A stretch of DNA of 64,000 bases. It comes from the human T2T-CHM13v2.0 reference genome, Homo sapiens. The stretch is from NCBI RefSeq assembly GCF_009914755.1, contig NC_060943.1. One strand, 5' to 3'. The notes beneath the pieces were generated by a model that was given only the letters and a program-made list of their open reading frames with translations, ran no database searches and had not been told where the DNA came from. The position numbers and the translations under genes are program-made. Below, in pieces: positions 16,282 through 31,660 of the stretch (the stretch's first letter is position 1; each line of letters begins with the position of its first letter).

Positions 16282-16479
16282 ATAAGGTCATCTTGCTGCT
16301 AACATGAGCATCTTTTTATTACTAGGGGGTTGAATGCTGTAATCTGGTCAACTGTCAGGAGCAAGTTTAATTCCTTGGACTCCCTTGGAAAATGAGATCT
16401 GGCATTAAACTTTCTTAGAAGAACGGGTGTTCAGCTTCCAACATGCCCCACAGCCAAAGCTCAGGCTCTCCCCGAGCCA

Positions 16480-16625
16480 TGATTCTCAGTGTGACCAGAA
16501 GATGCTGGCATCAGAACCACCTGCAGAGATGGCCTCTTGGCAAATTCCAGTTCACAGGCCCATCCCAGACCTACAGAATCAGAGTCTCTGGGAGCAGAGA
16601 CTGGGCATCCCTGTGGAATTCCACT
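16480..16625. mobile_element. MER5-like hAT MITE remnant
   Basis: gcatcagaaccacctg...ggcccatcccagacctacagaatcagagtctctggg. Confidence 0.65.
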
Positions 16626-16683
16626 AAGACCCCTGACCTAGAGAGAGCTGTGCCAGTTCCTCATCTTTCAAAACTGAGCTGGA

Positions 16684-17545
<862 letters not shown>

Positions 17546-17842
17546 TAAACTGGTCTGGTCAGCAGTTGAAATTCTTTCTTAGGAGGCACCAGAAACGCCT
17601 GCTGAATGAACCAATGATGAATGAATGAATAAATGAAGGAAGGAAGAAAGGAATAAATTGCTTAATTAACTGACCAATGAATTCATGAATGAACAGATGA
17701 GCAAACGTGTCAATAAATGAAAAGACGAGTGAGTGGGTGGGTTAATAAGTGAGTGCCTATGTGCAGAAAAGGAGTGTTGGTATCTGGCTTTTTATAGATA
17801 CCATCAAATTTACAAACAAACATCAGCCAATTTGGTGGGTTA

Positions 17843-18010
<168 letters not shown>

Positions 18011-18963
18011 GGAATTGGGGGACACAGCAGAGAAGGAAGCCTGCCAGCCTGCTTTGCTGTCCTTCTGCCACCCAGGTTGCACACAGCCTTAGGAGGAAGA
18101 GACACAATCAACTTCCCACACCCACCTCCCAGGACAGCGCATCCCAGGACAGGAGCACCGAACTGCCCCCATGATGACCTCCCCAGACAGAAAATAACAG
18201 ATTTTATGCTTTCTACACATTTTTTCAAAGAATTTTTATATGTGCCCTCTACCTACAAACAAAATAATTATTTGTGGGAAGAGGAAGCCTTTCAGCATCT
18301 GAAAGAAAACCACACAAGCTGCTGGGTAAATGAACACTTGCCTTCTGAGTAAGCAGAATGTGTTTTGGAAATCTCCAGCAGTGACCAGGGATGTGCACAG
18401 CTTGAGAAGTGGAAGCTCTTTTTTCCCTCTTCGCCTCTCTCTCCTTCCTCCCCTTCCCACCTTTTCTTTCTTATCCTCTCTTCTGCTCTCAAATCCTTTT
18501 CCTAAGAAGGGGTAGGGTCCCAAGGAGCAGTGGAGAAAAAGAAAGCAGCTCACCACACCCCTGCACTCTGCACCGGCTGGTGTCTCTGCCTCGGTCCTAC
18601 CAGTCACATAATTTGCAGGAACAATCCCTGCACTGCCTTGCACCACTGCCCCTCTCTACCAGTCCTTGCCCATAGGTCAGAGGAACAAGAGTGGTCCACA
18701 GGTGCTGCACAAAGACCTCCGTTCTGAGGTCTGTACTATCTGGCTCAAGCTGTGCTCAAACTTTGTCCCCAGCTTCTTGGGAGATCCACAGGCAACTGGG
18801 GTTAGACAAGACCTCTAATTCAGAACTCAAGCCTCAGCTGCTGGAGACAATGTACTTTCACAAGTCAGGGGATGGGCCACCAGCCAGGGGCACAGATGGG
18901 ACACATTGCTATACTGGAGTGATGCTTCATCTTTGCAACAGGACACACCCAACCCTAGGCTAG

Positions 18964-19321
<358 letters not shown>

Positions 19322-20280
19322 TCTACAATATTATTGTAAATAGATGACCCAAAATGTGGGCAGGTTTTTCCAAGGGGTTTCTGCTCTGACAGCCTTCTAG
19401 AATACCCCTCCCAGCCTGGCCACACACCTGGGGCCTCTGAACCCTGGCAAGGCAGGGAATGTTCAGGACTGGGAACTCTGTTGATTTTATTTCTATTTTA
19501 ATAGTCTGAGCATTGCCACCTTTGTATATTACATTTTCTAATTTTGTAATTCTATGGCTAAGAAACTGTGGTTACACCTGTGGCTGTCCCCATGGCAGAA
19601 GGCAAGCCAGGGCGGCAAAGATACAGACTTTCCCCCTTCAGGCCCCAGCCTGCAGCTCGCATCTCAGCTAAATTGCCACTGGTTCCCGGCCTCTCTCTGT
19701 CTTCCAGCCAGTCCTGTTTCTTCACCTTCACGGAACACGATCGGGCCGGGTTTCTCTTCTCTCCAATGTTACTTCAACTTCTCGTCATAAAATGGAATGA
19801 TTCCAGTGTTTATGCTGTTAGCTACATTTATCTTTAAGAGCAAGATGTTGAGTTTAGCTTTAATGATGAAAAAAGCCTTTCAAAGGATAACTCATTGAAA
19901 CTCATTATGCACTATAAGGCCACTATTTAAAGATTCGGTAATTCCAGTGATGATCTTTTTAAAGCAGATTTATAGCAGAAAATAGTTACATTCTTTGACT
20001 TCAGTTATAATTTTCTATTTTGTAATTTAATACTCCTTTAGTTTATATTTGCACATTAAAAATATAGCATCTAAAAGTCCATCATTAAATACTTTTAATA
20101 AGTGCAATAAATAAGTTTTACAGTGTGCATAAATCTAAAAACAAAACCCAACATAAATTGTTAATCTTACACTTTTTCTCATTAATTGCAATACATAAAC
20201 ATATGTTTTATACAAAGATATTTGCTACGAAATAAGTATAATAAATACAGTTTACCACATGTATTAATCTTAATAGTTAC

Positions 20281-21064
20281 AAACTGTTAATCTTATATAT
20301 TAGGTAATAATTTGCAATAAATAATTGTTTATTATCTTGATGTTTGCTTGTCTTGGGTTCTAGCAATATGCAATAAAGAAATGCAATTTTGAATAATTTG
20401 ATTGTAAGACTGCTGGGAAAATACTGTATGTTATAATTAGCTGGGAGAGGATTCTAGTCACAAAAGCAAGCATGGAGACAGGGTTCAATAACCCAAACAT
20501 ACGTTATTGAGTCCATAAATAATTTTAAAAGTTAAGTTCAGTTTCAAACAAAACAGAATTTTTTAACCTTAAATGCAATTAAAGAAACATTTCACATTCT
20601 TTAGTGCTTTCATTATTATACATTCAAAAGGAGATGAAGAAAGCTGGAAGCCCCATCAAAACTGCCAGCCTCCAAGCTGAGACGGGAACATGGCTGCCTT
20701 TGGGAGAAAGAGTGGCCTGACAGCTCATGCCCATCAGCCAAGGGCTCCCCTTGGCCTGGAATACACCCTCCGGAACAGCCAGCAGGTGCACCCACAAACG
20801 CAGCACCCTCCATACCTCACCTTCAAGCTGGCACTTGCTGAACTGCACACACATTTTTCTAAGAGAGGTTGTCACCTATACTGAGCTTAATAGAAATTGT
20901 TAATCTTATATGTAAAGGTAATAATTTGTCATAAATAATTGTTCATTATCTGGGCCTTTGCTTGTCTTGGAGTTGAGCTGTATGCAATAAAGCAGTGCAA
21001 TTTTGAGTAATTCGATTGTAAGGCTGCTGGGGAAACATGGTGGATTGTAATGAGCCTAGGAAGG
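20281..21064. repeat. Diverged ~170-bp direct repeat of unique AT-rich sequence (20281-20450 and 20894-21064)
   Basis: Alignable by eye: aa(c/t)tgttaatcttatat...aggtaataatttg..ataaataattgtt.attatct...tttgcttgtcttgg...tatgcaataaag...tgcaattttga.taatt.gattgtaag.ctgctggg. Confidence 0.9.
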
Positions 21065-21560
21065 GTCCCGTGGGCCAGAGACCCCAAAGAACCAACCTAC
21101 CAGCTCTGGCACATGCAAAGCCCAGGTCCTCACCAGCAATTGCACAGGTTCTTTAAATAGTCTCTCCAAGACAGAGAGTGAACCAGTTTCCCCTTCTCAT
21201 GTTTCTGCCAGAGTAAACATCACTTAGAGGAAACCAGTCCTAGACGAAGTGAACCTCGGTCCCTGGGAAAGGCTGAGGTGGCCCCAGGGCAATTTAGTCC
21301 CACCAAGCCGGCTGATTGGCACCAAAGGCTCACCTGTCTGCCTGGAACAGGTAGGGCCAGGGGGTCACTTCCTCCAAAGTGACCCTGACACTGCTCCCGG
21401 CAGCAGCAGCATCCTGGCACATCCCTGCAGGCAGAGAGCTAGAGCAGTCCTGGCTAAGAGGTGGCTGTGAGGCCAGGGAGCAAGGACCCTGTGCACTTTG
21501 GCTTCCTAGAATCCCACGGGCACAAAGACCCACTTCAAGGAAACCTCCCCCAAGCTGGGA

Positions 21561-22041
21561 AAGGAAGGGAGGGAGGGTGGGAAGGAAGAAGGGAGGGAAG
21601 GAAAAAGAGAAGGAAATAAAGAAGAAGGGAAGGAGGAGGAGAAAGACAGAGGAAGAATGAATTTTAAAAAAAGAGAAAGAAAGAGAAAAGAGGAGGAGAA
21701 AGGGAGGGAAAGAGAGAGGAAGAATGAATGAAAAAAAGAGAAAGAAAGTGAGAAAGAGAGAAAAGAGGGGGAGGAAGGGAGAGAAGAGAGAAAGAAAGCA
21801 AGGAAGGAGGGAGGGAGGAAGGATGGAGGAAAACAGAAAGAAGAGCAAGGGAGGAGAGAGGGAAGGAAGAAGGGAAGAAAAAAGAGAGAAAAAGGAAAGA
21901 AGGAAGGAGGAAGGGATTAAAGGAGGGTAGAAGGAAGGATAGAGGGAAGGAGGGAGGGAAGCGGGAAGGAAGGAGAAAAAAAGGGAGAGGAAGAAAGAGA
22001 GGATGGAAGGAAGGAAGGAAAAAGAAAGAAAGAAGGGAGAA
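21561..22041. repeat. GA-rich polypurine low-complexity tract (~480 bp)
   Basis: Almost exclusively A/G on the + strand. Confidence 0.95.
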
Positions 22042-22499
22042 TCCTAGATCCATTATAACCATGAACAGCTCTTCCTAATATAAAGATGATCAGCACCCCA
22101 CAAAAACACACACATACATGCCCTGACGTGCATCCAATGACATGAGTCTCCATATCAAAGCCCACTTGCAGTGTGTTCCTGGCAGTCGCTGCGGTTTGTG
22201 GTTTTAATATCTCGCTTCTTCTACGCTCCTGGCACCTGCTAGAGTGGGCCTGGCTTCCCCTCTTTAGGCACAGCTCACACCGGGAGGGTAAGCCCCCAGC
22301 CTGCTCTCTGCCTAGGCTGGGCACGGCACAGTCCACAGCCTGGGAGGGAGCCGTTCATCAGGGTGACATAACGGTTCAGTTCCAGAAGAAAGTTCCTGCC
22401 TAGGGCTGAGCTTCAGGCAGGGTAGGTTCCCAGGAGCAAGTGCTGTGAGCCTGAGGCCCCAGGCGTCTGAAGACACCACAGGTCTCCCCCTCGTCTCCT

Positions 22500-23530
22500 C
22501 CATCCCAGCAAGCACCTGCGGTCCAATCGCGCTAAGCCAGGGGCCCTGCTTTCAGCCGGGTTGGAAAGGGATAGAAGCTCCCCCATCTCCTGCCCTTTTC
22601 TAAAGACAGGCAGCTCCAGCAAAACCCTCAGCCCTCAGGCGTCCCTTTCGTGGGGTCCCCGCCCCTGTTCTGGAAATGAGACCCCAGGTCCCAGGATGCA
22701 GCTGGCATCGCAGGGGAAGGGACTTGCCCCCACCCTCCACCCGCTACCATGACCCGGGAGAGGCCTTCCCGAGGGTCTGAAGGTCCGCAGAGCCCTGCCC
22801 CACCCTAGTCCAACAAGGGGACCGCGTTTTAGGGACATCCCTGGATTGTCAAGAAACGCTGGCTCATCCGGACCCCCGGGGAGCGCAGCATGAACCCAGG
22901 AGCACCCTGACACCCCGAAAACAGGGAACCTGGGGCCCTTCTCAAACTCAAGGGGAAGGAAAGGGAGCCTGCCAAGTTCTGCTTCTGCGAGGCAGCTGCC
23001 ACCAAAACCCGCTCCGAGGGCCCCGCCGGGCCGCCCTGGCAGCTGGAAAAGCGCATTCCTGCTCGCCCGAGGATGCAGAAGGCAACCGAGTCCCCGGGCG
23101 GCGGCGGGGCAACTGCGGAAATCACGCAGCCAGATGAAGCTCATAAATTTCCCCTATGAACAATTGTTTTCATTTCCCTCCCATGCCACTAGATATTATA
23201 AGTGGAAAGCAAAACACAAGTAAATATGTTCATTCCGCTCTTGCGATCGGTGATAAACCGGAGGCGGCCGAGGCCGACAGAGGTCAGCAGGCCGCTCGCC
23301 ACGGGTCTGCGAGCGGACACTGCCACCCTCCGGCCGCGCGCGGGACTGCACCGGCCCCACCGCCCGGCTCTCCCGCCCGCTCGCTGCCCGCCAATGTTCG
23401 CTTTGCGCCCTTCGCTCAATGTGCGTGCAAATTACAGGGACATTCGAAAGGACAGAGAGCTCCCATATTTAAAATAATCATTTTTGTTCATCATAACCTC
23501 TCTTCCAGAGATAACCGCTCTTATTAACGT
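22500..23530. promoter_or_regulatory. CpG island / probable promoter or enhancer
   Basis: High GC with dense CpG (e.g. ccccgggcggcggcgggg, cggccgcgcgcggg), GC boxes and ccaat near 23391; no Alu origin. Confidence 0.8.
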
Positions 23531-23837
23531 TTTCGTACAATTATCTCCAGTCTTTATGTGCATTCTACGATGTCTTCTGTGTACCTATGAAATACAAAGC
23601 TTTTCCTACAATATTAAACCTTGATTTCCTAGGTATCACTTAAACGAAAGTTATTGTCACACAAGATAGCCTCACAGATATCTTTTTAGGGGCTGTGTAA
23701 TATTTCAACTTGGGACTGCACCAAAAGTTACTGAACCATCTCCCAATTGCTCATTTAAAGAGTTTCTAATGTTTTCATCCTTGTGCATAATGCTATAACT
23801 GAAACCTCTATTCAGAAACTTTTGTTTATATTGTTAA

Positions 23838-24213
<376 letters not shown>

Positions 24214-24249
24214 TAGATGTATAATACCTATGTGGAGAATATTATTTAA

Positions 24250-25680
24250 AATGATGAGTGAATATAAAATAGTGCTCAAATGAGTGGTCAGAAAAACTGT
24301 ATCACCAACATATCAGTCCCCACTCATCTCATCTTTCACTTGAATGCAAGGCCAATAAAAATTCCATCAAAGCTTTTTTGATATTTTGTCACATTGATTC
24401 CAAATTCCATGTGAAAGAGTAAATAAGGAAAAATCTCCAAAAAACATGTTTGTGAAAAAAGAGAGGAGACTTCCTCAACAAAGATATTAACATATATCAC
24501 AGAAAGCTACAATAATTTAAACAGTGAAGCACAAAATAGAGAGCACAAAAGGGAGCAAATAGGCAATAACTTACATTTTAACATAAAGCCATTTTATATC
24601 AGTGGGAAAAGGATGGCTGATTGATGAAGTTATAGGTACAATCTGCCACTCATTCAGAAAACAAGAAAAGTTAGTGTCCTACCTCATACCACATATTCAA
24701 ATGAATGCTATAAGGATTAAAGATTTAAATTTTTAAGTGAAACTATAAAAGTGATATTTACATATATGGTAATAGAGAAGTTCTAAGTCCAATTGCAAAG
24801 GCAGAAGCTAAAAACTTTAAAATGCCCAGATTTGAGGTGCACAAATTTAAAATACCCACATGTGAAAAATATAATTTTGAAATTGAAAGGTAAACCAACA
24901 CTAGGAGAAAAAAACACTTTCAATATACATAACAGAAAGAAGGTTAATGCCCCAGGTGTGTAGAGCTTTCTCACAAATGAAGAACAGACAAATACTTCAA
25001 TAGAATTGGGGACATGAATAGCAATTCACCAAAAGAAATACAAATGATAGACATATAAAAGATGTTTAGTCTTATTAATAATCAAAAGACATGCAAATTA
25101 AAACAAAAATGAGAAAATTTTGTCCCTATATTGATAAACACAAAAACAATGATTGTATTGTCAAGGATGGATAAACGAATCCTTTCAACACCACAGGTGA
25201 TAGGGTAAATCAGGTAACTGGTAAACTTTATAAAGGGTAATTTCACAATATGATCAAAATTCTTACAACACGTGACCCAAAGATTCTACTTCCAAAGGAA
25301 TCTATCATGGGTATGTACAAAGATTCACCTGTAAGATTGTTCATTGCTATCAGAAACAAACCAAATGTCCAACAATAGGCAACCAGATTTTACATAGATT
25401 ATATAATATCATAAGATAATACAATCAAGTCCTCAATAGTAATGTTGTAGAAATTAACATTTAAGGATGTCTTAACATTTAATATTCAAGAAGGTCTCAT
25501 AAAATACTGCTTTATAGCAAAAAGCAAGTTACATTGTAACCATGCTTTCTACACACATAGGAAAAAAAAACCTATAAGGTATTCCTTTAAATAATAATAA
25601 TGGCAGGTGGACTACAAGTAATTTTTAATATTCTTTTGGCTGCTTTAATATTCTTTTTTCTTTATATATTTAACAATTTT
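24250..25680 (+). mobile_element. Ancient L1M (ORF2 3' part and 3' UTR) remnant
   Basis: A-rich; cctacctcataccacatattcaaatgaat..., atgcaaattaaaacaaaaatgaga, aaaccaaatgtccaacaatagg. Confidence 0.7.
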
Positions 25681-25773
25681 TTATCAATTGTTTAGAAGAA
25701 AAATAGTTTTAGTGGTTTTCTAGAAATATTGTATTTTACGTTCCCACCAGCATTACTTGAGAGTGTTTGTTCA

Positions 25774-25900
25774 GGCCAGGCAAAGGGGGCTCATGCCTGT
25801 AATCCCAGCACTGTGGGAGGCCAAAGCGGGAGGATCACATGAGGCCAGGAGTTCGAGACCAGCCTCCATTCTACCAAAAAAAAAGTAAAGAAAAAAAAAG
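25774..25900 (+). mobile_element. Alu left monomer / FLAM
   Basis: ggccaggc...gagttcgagaccagcct followed by A tail. Confidence 0.85.
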
Positions 25901-25906
25901 ACAATG

Positions 25907-26610
25907 CTCATTCATTTGCTCATTTTTTAAATCCAATACTCTCAAAACACACATTCAGAGCAAAGCACGTTCAAGCCTGGCAACAGCTGTAAACAAGACA
26001 AAGCCCTGCCCTTGTAGAGCAGTCGATAAGCTCCACGGTTAGGAAAACTGAAAAGGAACAAACCAAGAAAGCAGCCCCGTGGGGATGTTCCATGGCCTGC
26101 TGTGGAGGGAAGCAGGGCGAGGGTCACCGACCGGCTGGGGAAGGAGCTATGCTAGGGAGGGGTTCCGGGAGGGCCACTCAGAGGAGGTGACGGTGAGGAG
26201 ACCTGAGTGTGGTGAGCAGCGAGTCACCTGTGAATCTGGGACAAGCATTTCCCCGCAGAGGGAACAGCCGAGGCGAAGGCCCGAGGAGGGGAGGGGCTTG
26301 GTGTGCCTGCGGAACAGTTGCGCGGAGCCCCGTGTGGCTGAAAAGGAGAAGGCGAAGGAGAGGCGTAGGGGAGGGGACAGGTGGCAAGAGCCCAGAGAAC
26401 CTTCTGGGGCACAGGAGGGAGTGTGGATTTTCTTTTGTGTATGATGGGAGCCGTTGGAGACTTTGTGCGTGAGAGCGACGAGACCTGATTTCATTTTCCC
26501 AGGATATCGCCAGCTCCCGGTTGAGAATGGAACCCAGTGTGCCAGAACTGCAGCAGGGAGGCCGATTCAGGAGGTCACTGCACGAGCTGTGCCTGGCCTG
26601 GAGTGGCCTG
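25907..26610 (-). mobile_element. L2 LINE remnant, unusually CpG-rich
   Basis: tcattcattt tail; gtaaacaagacaaagccctgccct; gaggaggtgac...gcagagggaacagc..gcgaaggccc..gatgggagccgttggag. Confidence 0.75.
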
Positions 26611-27357
26611 GTGCGGGGAACCTGGCGGCACTGGCGGTTCACACTTGCTAACTGAGTAAGCAACCGTCGTGGGGGTGGAATCTTGATGTGTTTCTTTTCT
26701 GAGCCCCTTGTCAGCTGGAATGCTCTGGTAGCTCATCCCTCAGGAGATCTGGATGTCCCTGAAAATAGAGAATCAGGCTAAGGGGATTGCCCTCAGGATA
26801 CACCACCCCCCATTCTCCCCAGCCCAGAAATCATCTTGTGCATTGGCCTTGAGTCCAACCAAAACGCTGGACAGTCAGTGGCTAAACAAAGAAAGAAGAG
26901 CGTTCTGTTGAATCATGATCGTCATCTACACTTTCAGGAGCTTTCATGTCCACCTTCACAGGTGTCAGCATAGAAATCACACTTCTCCCAAAAATGCACA
27001 TGCAAAGTTTTCCTGCATCCAATGCACCATGTCATGGAAGGAAGCACAAAATCTATGTGGTCTTACACATTTTTTTCAGGGTTTGGAGATTAACTAATAG
27101 ATTTCCAGGATTTATTTCCTCCTGGGTTCTAATGTCATCCCACTATATTTATATGGGAGGAAAATGATGTCTTTCCTCCTCAATCATTTTAAAGTCATTA
27201 TCATCTCTTGCATGATAAAAATTAATCAAACTATTTTCTTAAGATAATTCTTATAAAATTGAGGTGCCTATTACAGGCCTGCACATCTTATGTCCCAGAA
27301 ATTACACTCATCTTTGCCTCTCCTGTTTCCATAGTCCCATTTCTTCCAGTATTAACT

Positions 27358-27661
27358 ATTTTTTTCTTTAATGAGACAGGGTCTTTGTCTGTTGCCCAGG
27401 CTGGAGTGCAGTGATGTGATTGATCACAGCTCACTACAGCCTCGACCTTCTGGGCTCAAGCCATCCTCCTGCCTTAGCCTCCCAAGTACCTGGGATCACA
27501 GGTGCATGCCACCACACCTAGCTACATTTTTTTTATTTTTATTTTTTGTAGAGAAGGGGGTCTCATTACGTTGCCTAGGCTGGTCTCAAACACTCAAGTG
27601 ATCCTTCCATCTTGGCCTCCCAAAGTGCCGGGATTACAGGCGTGAGCCACGCTACCCAGCC
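27358..27661 (-). mobile_element. AluJ SINE
   Basis: Reverse dimer. Confidence 0.95.
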
Positions 27662-29768
27662 CATAATCCCATTTTACCATGCACTTGGTCCCCAGTTTCT
27701 CAAGAGATCTGTGTCTGCCCTTGCCCAGTCCCTCCCTTGGGGAAGTTGCTTCTTTGTAGCCAGAAAAAGCCCTTGGGGTGGTGGAGGATGGAGGAACTGT
27801 GGGCTGGGCCCTGAGGACACAGTCCGAGGCAGGTCCTGTGCCATCTGGGGGCTGAGACACTGGGGTCAAATATGTCAGAGGTAAATTCGCAACTTCCATT
27901 ATCCTTGCCCAAACCTGGAGGGGGCTGCTCTGTGTGCACCAGGGGGACCATAGGCTCAGGATGGGGCTCTTCTGTGCAAGGCAATTTGGGGATTCAGCCG
28001 GTGTCCTAATGCCTGGGGTGCCACCTGGATGAATGAATACAAAGGCACCAGAGGAGGAGGTACTTGTGTGGATAGAGGTATCTGGGACTCCAGGTGGGGG
28101 TCACTGAACTGAAAACCCATCTGTCCCAAGTAAGGCATGTGATAAGAGAAGGGCATCTCCAAAAGAATACCTTGGGCACGGTGCTACTGCAAAAGCTAAC
28201 TCAAGACTCCCCCCGCCCCTAGTATTGGCATGGAAAAGTCTCCATGCCAGCAAGTGATACCCAGCACGGACCAAGGACATCTTAGTACCAGCAGTCTCTG
28301 ACACACATGCCAGACCACCAAGGTATCACAACTGGCCACAGCCCATCCCAGAGACAGCCGCACCACAGCAAGGCAGCCACAGCATAAAGTCGGAAGGTCC
28401 TTCCACCCCGACTGCTGCAACAAAGGCACTTGCTTACAGGAAGCAGTGAGAACATACATGGTTACACATACGGACACGCACATCGGTGAGCATCTCTCCT
28501 CTGGACTTGAATGCCTCTGCTCTGCGCTGGCACTCAGCGTGATACCTGGCACTTGGTAGGCACTTAATGAGTGTTTTCTAAATATAGGAAGGAACAGGGG
28601 GAATGGAAGGACTGTGTAGACATCGTCCAGTGGCTTGTTTCTCTACCAGTTTCATATCCAGAAAGCAGCATGGCATTTCAGGGTGGCGCTCAGGCCATGC
28701 TGTCAGTTTCATACCGAGCATCAGCTGTGGGGGAAAAGAAGGACACGCATGCCCAGGGGGCTGGGTGGTTTTACCTCCGTTAAAAAAAATCACCTTCCAA
28801 GAGACACTCCCCAAGTTCTGCCGAGGAAGGACACAGCACAGGGGATCCACCTGCCTTCAAGGCGACCAAAGGAGCAGATGCCAGCAGGCTTGAAGCAGAG
28901 CCCTTGGCAGGCAGGTAAAGTTGGACAAACCCTGGTCTCTGTTGCCCCATCTGTAAGATGGCACTAATTACCTAAGCTTGTCCCCAGACTCTAATGACAT
29001 AATGAGCATGAAAGCCCCTCATTAGGGGGGCGAAAGGCATCGTTATCCCATGTTTAAAGGACGTCATTTGCCACTGGGCAGAGCAGAGGAAGAGGAACAG
29101 GAAGGAGCCAGAAGCCTGATGCTCTTGGCCCATCGCCTATCAGCATCACATCTGAGCCTGGGATCTCCAGCCCTGGGCTCCTGCCTCTCCTCACGGGACC
29201 CAGAGCTGCCTGGAGGGCAAGACCCCAGTGAGTGCTCAGAGCAAAGGAGCCACTGAAGACACTCAGACTGGCAGCCCTATGTGTAAGGGTGTGACTGCCT
29301 TTTACCCGGTGCAAGGAGCAAGGACATGGTGGGTGGAAAGTGGGCAGTGAGGCCTCTCCATTTCAAAAGGCTTCCCCCAGTGGCCGGAACGGAACCCCAT
29401 GGAGGGCCTCTCCATGCTCTTCATCAGAGAGCAGACATCTCCACCACCACCAGACATAGAAATCGTCTCCAACAAAAGCTGCTCAATTCCCTCCATCTCG
29501 GAACAGAGTGGCAAAGGCATGAGAGTTGCTACACATTCGGAGGTAGACAAGCACATCTAATAAACACAGAGACAATCTGCCCATTTTTGGACCCCTGCAT
29601 TAGATTCCCAAGCAGATGCTCCACCACACTCAGGCTGCAAGATTAGTGTGGGAGGGACTGGAGGAAGGGCTCAGACACCCAGACCCGCTCTCTCCCCACC
29701 AGGCTGCGCGTCTAGGAATTGTCTGTGTCACGTTGCTGCTGTCACCAAGGGAGGGCCCACGGGGATGA

Positions 29769-30229
<461 letters not shown>

Positions 30230-31320
30230 GCTCTTGAGCTATCTTTTAAGGGACCTGAGGATGAAACAGTGAAACTGGAGACTGGCAGGTGTTCACTGTC
30301 AGTCTGGGGAAAGCAGATCCAAGCAGCCATGAGAAAACCCCGGAAGCAGTCAGAGAGGAATCAAAGTCCTACCGGTGTCATGTGGCCCCAACAGAGCCCC
30401 GGAGAGAGCCAACTGAGCAGAGGCCTGTGTGGCTGGGCAGGCAGGGGACATGTCCTGGAGGGAGCAAGCCTTGAACTTGTGGTCTGTAGAACTTGCCCTT
30501 CTGACCCAAGGGTGGCCGTAGAGGAATGTTAAATCAGCACCCCCAGCCCTGGACCACGCCTGATGGCCTGGAGGAGTCTGCTTAACCTCTCCAAGCTGCC
30601 CCTTGGAGAATATAAGATCACGAACCTGGACCTCGTCCCACCCAGGAGACGCCATGAGGAACACAGTCCCCACAGTTCACAGGAAGTTGCAGACCGGAGG
30701 TGAAAGAGCATTTTGCTGGAAGGTAATGAGGTATGTTAACCACCCTGAAAGTTAGGGGATTCACCCAGCCTCCAGTTCTAGACAGCTCTCACCTCACATT
30801 GAGCACCAAAAAACTCAACAATCAAGGTAAGTGCAATCTCTTTAAAAATCACAATGAATGCATTTTTCAAAATCCATAATGAGCAAGATTATCAAAATTT
30901 TAAATCAAGACAAGCTGTGACCTTGCTACCTCACTCAGCACGACCTGGCCATTTCACACTCTCATAGGACAGAGTACTCCATCCTCATTTCACTCACCAC
31001 CATTGTCATTAAATATTCATCGGAGGGATGGTTGGATTCGTTTTTGCCCCTGCAAGGGCGAGGGTGGCATGCTTCACTAGTCTGTGTACCTGGCACCTAG
31101 CTCAGAGCTTGGCACATGGAAAAGTGGTGCCCAGGAAATACCCAAATGAACATCGTAGATGGAAGTTAATCCTGAATGCTGTGCTGAGAGCTCTTCTCTG
31201 CTCAGATGCCACGGCGGGCTTCTGCTCCTAGCCCTGGGGGACTCTCCACCCGACCCTATCGCTGCCACTGTACAAGCTCCTACCTTCCCAAATGTAGAAG
31301 CCAGATCTGGGTGTGTGTGT

Positions 31321-31660
31321 GTTTGTTTGTTTGTTTGTTTGTTTGTTTGTTTGTTTGTTTGTTTTTGAGACAGGGTTTCATTCCTGTCGTCCAGGCTGGA
31401 ATACAGTGGCACAATCTCGGCTCACTACAACCTCTGCCTCCTGGGTTCAAGCCATTCTCCTGCCTCAGCCTCTCCTGCTCAAGCCAGCTGGGATTATACG
31501 TGCCCACCACCATGTCCTGGCTAAATTTTGTATTTTTAGTAGTAGAGATGGGGTTTCGCCATGTTGGCTAGGCTGGTCTCAAACTCCTGGCCTTAAGTGA
31601 TCCATCTGCCTTGGCCTCCCAAAGGGCTAGAATTACAGGCGTGAGCCACTGCACCTGGCC
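31321..31660 (-). mobile_element. AluS with (TTTG)n tail
   Basis: Reverse dimer; TSD-like ccaga(t/c)ctgggt. Confidence 0.95.

Noticed and set aside
21330-22336. Phe/Leu/Ser-rich and Lys/Arg/Glu-rich ORFs
   Set aside because: Translations of the GA low-complexity tract
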